From NCBI GenBank assembly GCA_964384485.1, contig CAYLLE010000003.1:9125-73124 (forward strand): DNA of 64,000 nt, given 5' to 3'. Positions 55,301 through 64,000 of this stretch are shown here, piece by piece. The notes under the pieces were generated by a model that was given only the letters and a program-made list of their open reading frames with translations, was not told the origin of the DNA and ran no database searches. Positions within the stretch are counted from its first letter, which is position 1; the number at the start of each line of letters is the position of its first letter. This DNA is from an uncultured Spirochaetales bacterium (GTDB lineage: Bacteria; Spirochaetota; Spirochaetia; CAYLLE01). The position numbers and the translations under genes are program-made.

Positions 55301-56291
55301 AAGGATATACACATTTCTAAAACAGGACTTGGTAAATTCGTTGAGAGACAACATCCTGCTTTACATGATCATCGCGCCGATTCTGCTGTCTTTCGGAGCC
55401 AAACTGTTCATGCCTCAGGTGGCGCACACCACAGCCCGGATCGTTGTATCGGACAATGTACCTGAGGAGGTACGCGCCAGAATCGGGCAATACGCCGAAG
55501 TGACTGTTTTACCCGGGCCGGAACAGGTGGTCGAACGGGTTAAGGCAAGCGATGATGTAGGCGGAGTTATTTCCGAGTCAGGAAGTTACCGGGTAATTAT
55601 GGAAGGTAACGAGTCTGCCGACGCGGAGGAGGTTGCCCGGATTATCCTTTCCCGTGCCTTGGCCGGGGAGACAGCCGGGGAGTACACCTATCTGAAAGCG
55701 GGAGACAGGGATTCTTCACTGATCCAGTATACCACGGTTCTGCTCATTATGATGGGTGCCTTGATCGGCGGACTTGTGGCATCGTTTAACATGATAGAAG
55801 AAAAGGAGAACCGAGCCGTAAAAGCGGCCGCGGTTTCACCCCTCCGGACCGGTGAATACGCCCTCTCCAGGGGCCTGTTCGCTCTGCTTGTAAGTCTGAT
55901 TATCACCGTATTCTCCACGCTTATTCTCACCGGGACGGAATCATTAGGGGATGTACTATTAGCGTTTCTTTTTACCGCGCCCGTTCCCCTGATCCTTGCA
56001 CTGATCGTGGGCGGTTTTGCTGACAACCAGATTAAGGCTTTGGCGATTTTAAAGATCCTGCTGATCGTATACCTGACTATACCTGTGGTCAGCATTTTTG
56101 TAGCGGAGAAGTGGCAGTTCTTCTTCTATCCCCTTCCGAACTATTGGGCTTTCAAAGTATTTGAATCGGTTCTGGTGGAGGGAGCGGAAACGGCAGGCTT
56201 TTGGTTTTCATCCGCGGCAGCCGCCGTCCTGGGCGCCGGGGCTGTGGGTGCTTTAATGCCTATTGTAGGCAGAAGGAATTTCCGTGGATAA
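55293..56291 (+). CDS. ABC-2-type transporter permease (second subunit)
   Basis: ATG at 55293 preceded by AAGGAGAG, with an 8-nt overlap on the previous gene. Same topology as 54233..55300. Confidence 0.75.
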   Translation: MLKRIYTFLKQDLVNSLRDNILLYMIIAPILLSFGAKLFMPQVAHTTARIVVSDNVPEEVRARIGQYAEVTVLPGPEQVVERVKASDDVGGVISESGSYRVIMEGNESADAEEVARIILSRALAGETAGEYTYLKAGDRDSSLIQYTTVLLIMMGALIGGLVASFNMIEEKENRAVKAAAVSPLRTGEYALSRGLFALLVSLIITVFSTLILTGTESLGDVLLAFLFTAPVPLILALIVGGFADNQIKALAILKILLIVYLTIPVVSIFVAEKWQFFFYPLPNYWAFKVFESVLVEGAETAGFWFSSAAAAVLGAGAVGALMPIVGRRNFRG

Positions 56292-56371
56292 TATAATATA
56301 TACATATATTATATTTATATAATTTTTAAACATATTAGTTTAGAAAAAATTATTTGTTATAGGAGGATAAT

Positions 56372-56488
56372 ATGGAATGGTACTGGTGGGTACTTATCGG
56401 AATCGGCGTAGTTGCTTTAGGCTGGCTCAAACTTACCGTGTTTAACCGAATTATGAAAAAACGGAAAGAACAGCCGGCTGAGGAATAA
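56372..56488 (+). CDS. Small (38-aa) single-TM protein, not in the ORF track
   Basis: AGGAGGATAAT-ATG. Sequence MEWYWWVLIGIGVVALGWLKLTVFNRIMKKRKEQPAEE. Followed by a strong terminator. It replaces the antisense 66-aa ORF 56350..56550. Confidence 0.55.
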   Translation: MEWYWWVLIGIGVVALGWLKLTVFNRIMKKRKEQPAEE

Positions 56489-56508
56489 CCCGCCCAAACT
56501 AAGGCCAA

Positions 56509-56540
56509 GGGCTGCCAAAAAACTTTGGCAGCCCTTTTTT
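56509..56540 (+). terminator. Rho-independent terminator
   Basis: GGGCTGCCAAA-AAAC-TTTGGCAGCCC followed by TTTTTT. Confidence 0.85.
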
Positions 56541-56717
56541 CGCCCATCACTCTTGCCGGTCATCAATTAGTTTAAGGCAAAACTGGAAGCCGTCATCAGA
56601 CAGCATTTCCCGGTGAACACCTTGTGGGATTTAACTCGACTTCAAGTCCGAGAAGCAGCAGCTGAGGTTGAAGTGAACCAGTTACATTCGTAATCGAATC
56701 CCGGGTATAATGGTATC

Positions 56718-57110
56718 ATGCAAAAAGGCAGGATATCGGTAACAGCGGCCATAATAATGGAAGGCAGGGATATCTTCGTTGCCCGTCGAAACATGAACCA
56801 AGTCCGGGGCGGCAAATGGGAATTCCCGGGAGGGAAAGTGGAAGCGAATGAAGCACCACAGGATGCTCTCCGGAGAGAGCTCCGTGAAGAATTTGATTCG
56901 GAATCGGAAATTCGATCCCATGCCGTCACCGTTCAGCATCAATACCCTGATATCACCATCCTGCTCATCTGCTATTGGGCCCGGATCGAAAAAATTCCTG
57001 AAGTACTGAACGCGCACAGCGCCGCACAATGGATCAGCCCGGAAAAACTATTTTCCCTGGACTTGGCCGCGGCGGACCGCAAGGCGGCCGAATTACTTTT
57101 CCGGAGTTAA
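56718..57110 (+). CDS. Nudix hydrolase, MutT/8-oxo-dGTP-diphosphatase-like
   Basis: Nudix box GGKWEFPGGKVEANEAPQDALRRELREE. 130 aa. Confidence 0.85.
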   Translation: MQKGRISVTAAIIMEGRDIFVARRNMNQVRGGKWEFPGGKVEANEAPQDALRRELREEFDSESEIRSHAVTVQHQYPDITILLICYWARIEKIPEVLNAHSAAQWISPEKLFSLDLAAADRKAAELLFRS

Positions 57111-57111
57111 G

Positions 57112-58035
57112 ATGACCCTGGGAATGATACTTGATATAACAGGTCTGTTACTAGCTTTTTCAGGATTTACCTGGTCACTCATGTTCTTATTGAAAGGGGG
57201 AGAAAAATGGCTGTTCGGCTACTGTCTTGCAGCGGGGAACGCGTTATTCTATCTTGCCCTTGAACTTTTTATTTACGGATCTTTTCACGTTTTCGTTTCC
57301 CAAAACAATAGTGGGATTGTGTATTTATATTTTTTCCTGCGCACGGCGCTTCTCATAACTCTTCCCTATTTCGTTTTTACCCTCTTCCGGGAATCAACAA
57401 ATCAATTAAGAAAGGCATTGATTCCGTTTTTTGGGTTCTTCTTTTTAAACTCGGCGGTTTTGATACTTGCTGTGACAACGAAGCTGGAAACAGAATACAA
57501 ACAGATCGCTATAGCCGTGAACAGAATTTCACCTATTCTCCTGGCAAGCCATATCATCTATTACACCATAAATCGAAAAAACTTTTTCATCGGATCTGCA
57601 GGAAAGATAAACATGATATTTCCTGCCGGAGGGCTTGTGTTTATGTTTTTCTACACATATGACACGGTGATGATCTTGTCCGGAAAAGATACCATGACCA
57701 GAGGAGCTTTTTCTCTATCCCTGCTGCTTTACGGAATATGGAATCTGGTGTTCTTCTGGTTTCTCTTAAAACATCTGATTGTAATACCGGTGTATCACGA
57801 TATCAAAAAGCTCGACAAGATACTTCCGGATGAAGACAAACTGACACCGCGGGAGCGGGAAATACTGGACCGTGTTATTCAGGGCAGGAGTAATAAGGAG
57901 ATCGCCCACGGGCTCAACATTACAGAAAGTACCGTAAAAGTTCATCTATCCGGATGTTTCCGTAAGTTCGGCGTTCACTCCAGGGTGGAGCTGATGAACA
58001 GACTGTACGGTGTGGATCAGAAAACCAAAATCTAA
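57112..58035 (+). CDS. Membrane-bound LuxR-family regulator (about 7 TM helices plus a C-terminal HTH)
   Basis: LTPREREILDRVIQGRSNKEIAHGLNITESTVKVHLSGCFRKFGVHSRVEL. The N-terminal 240 aa are hydrophobic helices. Confidence 0.85.
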   Translation: MTLGMILDITGLLLAFSGFTWSLMFLLKGGEKWLFGYCLAAGNALFYLALELFIYGSFHVFVSQNNSGIVYLYFFLRTALLITLPYFVFTLFRESTNQLRKALIPFFGFFFLNSAVLILAVTTKLETEYKQIAIAVNRISPILLASHIIYYTINRKNFFIGSAGKINMIFPAGGLVFMFFYTYDTVMILSGKDTMTRGAFSLSLLLYGIWNLVFFWFLLKHLIVIPVYHDIKKLDKILPDEDKLTPREREILDRVIQGRSNKEIAHGLNITESTVKVHLSGCFRKFGVHSRVELMNRLYGVDQKTKI

Positions 58036-58104
58036 ACTAAAGTTTAGGAGCCGATATCGGATATTCGGAGGATCCTGCAGTAGCTTTTGAGTGCATGGAG
58101 GATA

Positions 58105-59475
58105 ATGATGAAAAAAATACCAAACAGAGAATTATCATTCGGAATTACTGTTATTGTTTTGATCCTGTCGGTCATCACCAGCTGTACCCTGTTTGAAAAA
58201 CCGGAATTCACCGTGTCCGGGACGGCCTTTGACGGCGTAACTGGGAACCCCCTGGAGGGAGTTACGATTATCTTTGGTGATGAAACAGTTACAACCGACG
58301 GAGCGGGAAGATTCAGTTACACGTATGAATCCGCCGATCCGGTTTCGGGTATGCTCGCGATTTATAAGTACGGGTACCAGTTCCAGATAATGGAAAACGT
58401 GGAAATAGCGGTGGAGGATAACCCGGAATATCAAATCGCGATGACACCGGACGATACCGGGAATTACACAACTAAAGAGGTGAGTTTTACCCTTACCGAC
58501 ACAGGCACTCCATTGGCCGAGAAAACAGTGGCTTTTATCATTGTGAATGAACAAAGCGGCACGTATTTACAGACCGGAGAATGGATTTTCGGAACCCAGC
58601 AGACCGACATATCCGGTGAAGTTACCATCAATACGCCGGTATTCGGTACGGACTGTATGGTTGCTGTCCAGATGATGGAGGACGGCGATCCCCACCCGGT
58701 TTTTTCCTACTGGTATCACACCGGTATTGACCTCAGCGGAACCGCTCCGGTTACGGTCTCCCTGGTAAAACCCCCGCTCACACCGGTTACAATGACAGGG
58801 TCAACAGAGAACTTGGTCATAGGACATCTTTTTAAAGAAGAAACCGAAGGAACAGCAGTGATTCCGTATTATTTCATGAACATTCTGTTTACGGACAGTG
58901 ATGATACAATCAACCTTTATCTACCCGCCGATTCCGGAGATACCTACGCCTACACCTACTACAACGGTTTTATCGGCGAAAAGGACAGCGAAACCGGCGC
59001 GGAAACAACCCGAATGCAGGTAACTGCACCCGCGGCAGTACCTGCGTCAAACGTGATCACCCTGCCCGAACTGCCCGATACTCCGTCGCTGCAGGCTGTA
59101 GCCGGTTCAAGCATCAATTATACAGCAAGTACACGCACCATCTCCTTTACCGATCCGAATACCGAAACAAACTCATACGAGCTGCTGTTTCAGGGAAAAG
59201 ATTCGGAAAGCAATCGGAAAAGGGGAATCCTGTTATTGGAAAGCGAAAGTTTTGTTTTCCCTCAGGATTTTATCGATACCATGATTGCCCCGGCAGTCAC
59301 GGAGGGATATACATTTGAAGTAACGGTAAAAGCCCGGCACCTGAATCCCCCGGATTTTTCTATTATGCTGTCTCAGTATCAGCCGGAAATGACCGGTTTC
59401 GCCATGGTGGAAACGGCGGACACGGAAACTCTAATCGATGAAGAGACTTCCAGGCTTACTCCGGTTTTCCAATAA
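58105..59475 (+). CDS. Hypothetical lipoprotein with a carboxypeptidase-regulatory-like (CarboxypepD_reg) domain
   Basis: GGAGGA RBS, lipobox LSVITSCT. FTVSGTAFDGVTGNPLEGVTIIFGDETVTTDGAGRFSY. Confidence 0.6.
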   Translation: MMKKIPNRELSFGITVIVLILSVITSCTLFEKPEFTVSGTAFDGVTGNPLEGVTIIFGDETVTTDGAGRFSYTYESADPVSGMLAIYKYGYQFQIMENVEIAVEDNPEYQIAMTPDDTGNYTTKEVSFTLTDTGTPLAEKTVAFIIVNEQSGTYLQTGEWIFGTQQTDISGEVTINTPVFGTDCMVAVQMMEDGDPHPVFSYWYHTGIDLSGTAPVTVSLVKPPLTPVTMTGSTENLVIGHLFKEETEGTAVIPYYFMNILFTDSDDTINLYLPADSGDTYAYTYYNGFIGEKDSETGAETTRMQVTAPAAVPASNVITLPELPDTPSLQAVAGSSINYTASTRTISFTDPNTETNSYELLFQGKDSESNRKRGILLLESESFVFPQDFIDTMIAPAVTEGYTFEVTVKARHLNPPDFSIMLSQYQPEMTGFAMVETADTETLIDEETSRLTPVFQ

Positions 59476-60712
59476 GGGTTCCTTTTTCCAGCTGTTCCAG
59501 GAGCTTCCGGTACTCCAGGGAGACGCAATTGCCGGCAAGCTCCTTGAAACGGCTTTCGCCCTGTTCTGTAAAAAAGGAGCGTTCCCGCTGTCCCGGAGTA
59601 CCCGTAACAAGGATACACCGGGCAGCCCGGGCCGCTAAATCCAGATTTCCCGTATTCCCCGGTCCCACGGGAAATTGGCACAGAAGTGTCAGGTCGGCGT
59701 TCCTGATCAACGATTCACCGGCAGAGACATCATCCGGGGTTATCGGCGCGAAAGGGTCTACCGCCGCGTGCTTTATCCCCAGGCTGCTCCATAACTGGGC
59801 ATCCGCGTCGTACTGATGTGCGATCCCGCCGGTCACGGTATAACCAAGCCGAAGCAGCTCCCTGGTAAGGTTGACCGCGCTGCCGGCGCCGCCGATCAAA
59901 TGTACCGTTCCCTGTCTTCTCTTCTTGATTGCAGGGATCACGTTTACCACCAAACTGCCGGTCGCGGTGTTGCGGGACACCGCCGTTTCGGTGCCGTAGA
60001 CGGCATCAAGAATTTCCGGCTTCAGAACAGCTTCCGGCGGACCCTGAGCGGCAACTTCTCCCCGGGACAGCAGGAGCAGCCTGCTGCAGTATTGGGAAGC
60101 CACATCCAGGTTATGCACCGCGGCGATAACCGCTTTCCGTTCCCCCGTAAGCTCCAGGGCCATGGAAAAAAACTGATCCTGATGACGGATGTCCAGGTTT
60201 GAAGTCGGCTCATCCAGAATCAGAATCCTGCTCTCCTGGGCCAGTACTTTTGCGAAAAGAACAAGCTGGCGTTCTCCGCCGGACAGCTCGTTGAAGTACC
60301 TGTTCTCGAGATGAGACATACCGACATATGATAACGCCCGGCGGGCAGTTTCCAGATCGTTCTCCTGCTCCCGGGAAAACCGGCCTCGATATGGATATCT
60401 TCCCATCAAAATTATATCGATCACAGGATAGGGAAACGAAGTAATAACGTCCTGAGAAAGATAGGCGCAGAGCTTGGCCCGTTCTCTCGGCTTTATTTTG
60501 GCAATCGGTTTTCCGGCGAGTTTGACCCCGCCCCGGGTTGGAGCATACAGACCCAGCAGGAGCCGGAGGAGCGTAGTCTTTCCCGCGCCGTTCGGTCCGA
60601 TAAGCCCGAGAAATTCCCCTTCCTGAACGGCCAGGTCTACGCCGGAGAGGATGGTGTTTCCGGAAACAGTGAAACCCAGATCCTCCGCGGTAATAACAGG
60701 TTTATGACTCAC
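59456..60712 (-). CDS. Cobalamin/siderophore-type ABC ATPase (BtuD/FepC-like) with a ~160-aa C-terminal extension
   Basis: GPNGAGKTTLLRLL, LSGGERQLV, ILILDEPTSNLD, VHNLD. After about aa 258 comes an unrelated domain, VHLIGGAGSAVNLTRELLRLGYTV... Confidence 0.85.
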   Translation of the reverse strand: MSHKPVITAEDLGFTVSGNTILSGVDLAVQEGEFLGLIGPNGAGKTTLLRLLLGLYAPTRGGVKLAGKPIAKIKPRERAKLCAYLSQDVITSFPYPVIDIILMGRYPYRGRFSREQENDLETARRALSYVGMSHLENRYFNELSGGERQLVLFAKVLAQESRILILDEPTSNLDIRHQDQFFSMALELTGERKAVIAAVHNLDVASQYCSRLLLLSRGEVAAQGPPEAVLKPEILDAVYGTETAVSRNTATGSLVVNVIPAIKKRRQGTVHLIGGAGSAVNLTRELLRLGYTVTGGIAHQYDADAQLWSSLGIKHAAVDPFAPITPDDVSAGESLIRNADLTLLCQFPVGPGNTGNLDLAARAARCILVTGTPGQRERSFFTEQGESRFKELAGNCVSLEYRKLLEQLEKGTLIGKPE

Positions 60713-61749
60713 AGAGACCGCACCCCCTTCCGCTGATACCGGATTATGAGCGCCAGGAAGTAGGGACTGCCCAGGATAGCGGTGATTATACCTACCCGTA
60801 TTTCGAAAGGCGGAATGAGCACCCTTCCAAGCAGGTCCGCCAGAATCAGCAGGACACCTCCCCCCAGCGCGGAAGCAGGTAATAAAACGCGGTGATCAGG
60901 ACCAACGATAAACCGGAACAGGTGGGGGATCAGAAGTCCCACAAACCCCACGGGGCCGCCGATGGCGATGGCCACCCCGGTGACAACAGCGCTGATGCTG
61001 AGGATTATCCGTTTAGTCCTTTCCACATGCATTCCCAAGGAATGGGCATGCTCTTCACCCAGGGCAAACATGTTAAGATCCCGGGCAAAAAAGAACAGCG
61101 CTCCGGCACCTGCCATAAGAAAGGGAAGCGGGATGATAATATGTTTCCACATCCTCCCTTCAAAACTGCCCATGGTCCAGAAGATGAACTGGCTTACTTC
61201 ATACTGCTTTGAAAACAAAAGTACCGCTGAAACCATCCCGTTGAAGAAGGAAGACACCGCCAGACCGGCCAGAACAACGAAAAGAAGGGAAGTTTTACCT
61301 TTATAACTAGCGATCGCGTAAATAAGAAAAGCGGCGGCAATAGCGCCGGTCATGGCCAAAAACGGAAGAAAGAGCGCGCTTACCGTATAAAGTCCGGTAA
61401 AGATCGCGATTACCGCGCCGAGACTGCCGCCGGCGGTTATCCCCAGGATGTCCGGGCTCGCCATGGGATTTCGGAACAGCCCCTGCATCACCGCTCCGCA
61501 CATTGAAAGAGTGGATCCCACAAGAAAAGCGGTCAGCGTCCGGGGCAGCCGGATATGCAGGGCAATAACCAAATCTCTCGGGACCGGTTCGGCAATTCCC
61601 CGGAATCCTATCAGGCGCAGCAGCTCTTTAATCAGGGTAAGGGGAGAAACCGCCACCGCGCCGAACCGGACCGAAGCGGCGGCGGATACAATTAAACCGA
61701 TAATGAGAACAGAGAAGATTATATTATTCTTCCTGCGGTCCTTCTTCAA
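60709..61749 (-). CDS. FecCD-family permease (BtuC-like)
   Basis: LPRTLTAFLVGSTLSMCGAVMQGLFRNPMASPDILGITAGG. About 10 TM helices. Confidence 0.9.
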   Translation of the reverse strand: MKKDRRKNNIIFSVLIIGLIVSAAASVRFGAVAVSPLTLIKELLRLIGFRGIAEPVPRDLVIALHIRLPRTLTAFLVGSTLSMCGAVMQGLFRNPMASPDILGITAGGSLGAVIAIFTGLYTVSALFLPFLAMTGAIAAAFLIYAIASYKGKTSLLFVVLAGLAVSSFFNGMVSAVLLFSKQYEVSQFIFWTMGSFEGRMWKHIIIPLPFLMAGAGALFFFARDLNMFALGEEHAHSLGMHVERTKRIILSISAVVTGVAIAIGGPVGFVGLLIPHLFRFIVGPDHRVLLPASALGGGVLLILADLLGRVLIPPFEIRVGIITAILGSPYFLALIIRYQRKGVRSL

Positions 61750-62681
61750 AACTTTTCAGGATATGCCTTTTCTGCGAGCCATTCGACGGCGTCAACAATG
61801 TAATGACTGGTAGTCGTCTTGAGCCGTTCCGGCATCATGTAGATCCGCTTGTTTCTTACCGCGGAGAGAATCTTCAAGGCGGGATCCTTGATGGTCTGGT
61901 TGTAAAACGCGTCCGCGCCGTCGGGATCGCCGTAAACCCAGCCCGGAAGTATCAGGATATCGGGATCGAGTTCGATCAGCTTTTCCTTGCTCAACGGTAC
62001 CTGGCCCCAGTCGTTCACCGGCAAATGTCCGACGCCGTTCTTGAGACCTGCCTTAACAACAATTTCATCCCAGGATGTACCCATGCCCTGGGCTGCGCTC
62101 CATACGGTGTAATCGATAACTTCAGGCTGTTCCTTTTCCGGGATGCCGGAAACTTTATCCGCTACATTTTTCAGGCGGCGGTCCATGGAGGCAAGCAGTT
62201 TTTCCCCCTGGTCCGTTTCTCCCACCGCTTTCGCTACAGTCATTATTTTTTCCTGGATCTCATCGATAGTCAGTCCGCTTGAGACAAGAAAAATTGTAAC
62301 GCCGGCATTCCGGAGCTGCTCGATTTTATCGGCGTCGCTCCAATTTGCCACGAATACCAGGTCGGGTTTCAGCGATAGAATGACCTCCACATTCAAAGTG
62401 ACTTTGTTAGGGACTCCTGCGGCTTTATTCGGAATGTTGGAAATCTCCTCATCCTCGGCAAAAGCGGTAACCGCAACGATTCTTTCTGCCGGAACCAGTT
62501 CAAAAAGCACATCGTCGGTAAACAGCGTTACCGATACGATCCTCTCGGGCTGCTCCTGAATTGTAACCTTTGTGCCGCCGTCGTCGGTCATGGTCAGTGG
62601 GAAACTGCCTTCTCCGGAAAAAGCCGGAAGAACAACAAAGGCTAATAAAATAACAAGTAGTGATAATAATTTGGATTTCAT
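61746..62681 (-). CDS. Periplasmic substrate-binding protein (BtuF/class III SBP)
   Basis: ATG at 62681 preceded by CAGGAGGA. Signal peptide MKSKLLSLLVILLAFVVLPAFS. ERIVSVTLFTDDVLFEL, PDLVFV, LDPDILILPGW. Confidence 0.85.
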   Translation of the reverse strand: MKSKLLSLLVILLAFVVLPAFSGEGSFPLTMTDDGGTKVTIQEQPERIVSVTLFTDDVLFELVPAERIVAVTAFAEDEEISNIPNKAAGVPNKVTLNVEVILSLKPDLVFVANWSDADKIEQLRNAGVTIFLVSSGLTIDEIQEKIMTVAKAVGETDQGEKLLASMDRRLKNVADKVSGIPEKEQPEVIDYTVWSAAQGMGTSWDEIVVKAGLKNGVGHLPVNDWGQVPLSKEKLIELDPDILILPGWVYGDPDGADAFYNQTIKDPALKILSAVRNKRIYMMPERLKTTTSHYIVDAVEWLAEKAYPEKF

Positions 62682-62699
62682 GTGAATCCTCCTGTAATT

Positions 62700-62900
62700 T
62701 AGCTTCGCGTACAGGCTTCCGGTGTAACCGGATGAGTTGCCTCTCTTTAACGCGGGATTCTGCCGTCTCCTGGCTTCCGGGTCTTCCTTCCGCTTCTCCT
62801 TCCCGGTTTCCCAGTGGGTCATTGAAGCGGTTGTCGCCGGTTACAGTGGCGCGTCCGCGGCGGATTTTCACCGCCTTCCGTAACAGAACCAGGAGAAAAG
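62700..62900 (-). promoter_or_regulatory. Cobalamin (B12) riboswitch
   Basis: Minus strand reads GGAAGGCGGTGAAAATCCGCCGCGGACGCGCCACTGTAACCGG, then GGGAAACCGGGAAGG, then the B12-box-like GAAGCCAGGAGACGGCAG. It sits immediately 5' of the btuF-like gene. Confidence 0.85.
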
Positions 62901-62933
62901 TACTACGCGATGATTATGATTGTCAAGGATAAC

Positions 62934-63854
62934 TCAAGGATAACATTCGCCGGGCCCGAGAATTTCCGGATAATACGCTCTCAACTCCCTCCTGGACCGG
63001 AAACAGAGCGCGCATTCATCGGGGAACCAGCCGGCGGGCGCACAGCCCTTTTCTTCGGCCAGACGGTACAAACCCTTCGGACCTTCTTCAGCCAAAGCGG
63101 ACAGCACCCGATTATTTTCCGGCCGGTATTCTTCCATTATCTGATTCAGTGAGCGGTCCCTTACGTTCCCGATGATGATTCCGTAGCAGATAAGCACGTT
63201 TCCGTAGGGGTCAATCCAGAGCATCTTCGGATCGAACGGTCCGGTCTCGCCTAAGCAGCAGGATAGATCCCTGCAGAGTCCCTGGGGTATCTCTCCGGTA
63301 CCGGCTCCCTTACGGGAGGCGCCTTTCCCGATGTTCCGCACCGCATTTTCCGCTAAAGGCAGTCCGCTTTCCCGGGATGCCTGCCGGGCCAGTTCGAGGG
63401 ATTCCGCGGAATCGCCGGAAGCCACGATCCAGCTGTGGTTCGTCATTCCCGCGTTCCTTACCGCCTTCGCGGCCGTAATCACCCGGTTGAGCGGGACCCA
63501 CCGCTGATGATACACATCAACGCTGAAGGAGATCCCGTCCACACCTTGATCCGCCAACGATGATACAAGCTTCGCGGTCTCTCCGGTATCCCGAGCCCAA
63601 TAGCCGTTGGTGGCGATTCCGATATGTCCCGGGTGATGCTCTCTGATTACAGAAATAATTGAAAGAAGTTCCGGGGGGTCTAAAAACGGTTCACCTCCTG
63701 AAAGGTGAACCCATTCAAGCGGACCGATCTCCAGGAAGGTTCTGCCTATCAGATGTTCCGCCAAATAGGGAGAATCGGAAACTCCGAAAAAGCAGTGACC
63801 GCACGACGCGTTACACCGGTATGTAGCGATAAAGGTGATTCCCTGTAGTTTCAT
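62934..63854 (-). CDS. Radical SAM protein with a Cys-rich C-terminal (SPASM/twitch-like) region
   Basis: ATYRCNASCGHCFF (CxxxCxxC), LSGGEPFLDP. Later Cys cluster CRDLSCCLG..DPYGNVLICYG..CALCF. Confidence 0.8.
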   Translation of the reverse strand: MKLQGITFIATYRCNASCGHCFFGVSDSPYLAEHLIGRTFLEIGPLEWVHLSGGEPFLDPPELLSIISVIREHHPGHIGIATNGYWARDTGETAKLVSSLADQGVDGISFSVDVYHQRWVPLNRVITAAKAVRNAGMTNHSWIVASGDSAESLELARQASRESGLPLAENAVRNIGKGASRKGAGTGEIPQGLCRDLSCCLGETGPFDPKMLWIDPYGNVLICYGIIIGNVRDRSLNQIMEEYRPENNRVLSALAEEGPKGLYRLAEEKGCAPAGWFPDECALCFRSRRELRAYYPEILGPGECYP

Positions 63855-63953
63855 GCTGCGGCATCATAACCGGCTTAAAACATTTCTGTAAAGTATCAAT
63901 ACCAGTTTTTTCGGCGGTATTCCTTGGGGAATATTTTTTTTATCTTATATCAT

Positions 63954-64000
63954 ATGGGTACTAAGGCAAAGATATCCGGGCTGGGCAGACCGCTTGATTT
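63954..64000 (+). CDS. Possible 5' end of a gene running off the window (MGTKAKISGLGRPLD...)
   Basis: ATG at 63954, open to the window end. The GLGRxLD string is reminiscent of ParB N-termini, but 15 codons are not enough to call it. Confidence 0.25.
   Translation, partial: MGTKAKISGLGRPLD

Noticed and set aside
56350-56550. 66-aa minus-strand ORF.
   Set aside because: The plus strand carries a better gene model here: RBS, 38-aa TM peptide and terminator. The terminator stem would lie inside the minus-strand ORF.
61746-62822. The long N-terminal extension of the btuF-like ORF (start at 62822). Similar extensions occur at 52638, 55248, 26070, 32556 and 32504.
   Set aside because: The extensions run through the riboswitch or neighbouring genes and lack RBS sequences. 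Internal ATGs with good SD sequences and proper signal peptides or family-typical N-termini were preferred.

Overview
This 64-kb window is gene-dense bacterial chromosome of roughly 50% G+C. It has many lipobox-type signal peptides, sigma-54/NtrC signalling, and HD-GYP, PP2C and STAS modules. The taxon cannot be determined without a search. All family calls come from motif recognition by eye, because no similarity search was possible.

Housekeeping genes: asnS (5' truncated by the window edge), slyD, pcm, rpsD, a DEAD-box helicase, msrB, a rarA fusion and a MutT-type Nudix hydrolase.

Accessory content, in window order:
- A decayed GGDEF-EAL pseudogene.
- A 12-kb minus-strand signalling supercluster: MutS-like ATPase, then REC-PAS histidine kinase, then sigma-54 response regulator, then a candidate -24/-12 promoter, then MCP, STAS, CheA, REC-REC-HD-GYP and REC. 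The CheA carries an inserted MshEN/T2SSE_N-like tandem motif, which may be a c-di-GMP receptor.
- A STAS plus GAF-PAS-PP2C-kinase partner-switching pair.
- A Sec-signal RHS/YD polymorphic-toxin operon: lipoprotein, then a clostripain-like protein with Ser in place of the catalytic Cys, then RHS, then an FGE-SH3 protein. The RHS reading frame of about 1960 codons is broken by a single in-frame TAA.
- Divergent TetR genes with GTCATATGAC operators in front of an ABC-2 exporter.
- A cobalamin riboswitch driving btuFCD-like genes, whose ATPase has an unexplained C-terminal domain.
- A radical SAM gene.

A family of 86-bp palindromic intergenic elements (two full copies and several partial ones) sits at gene 3' ends. 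I did not recognise any CRISPR array, rRNA, tRNA, transposase or integrase.
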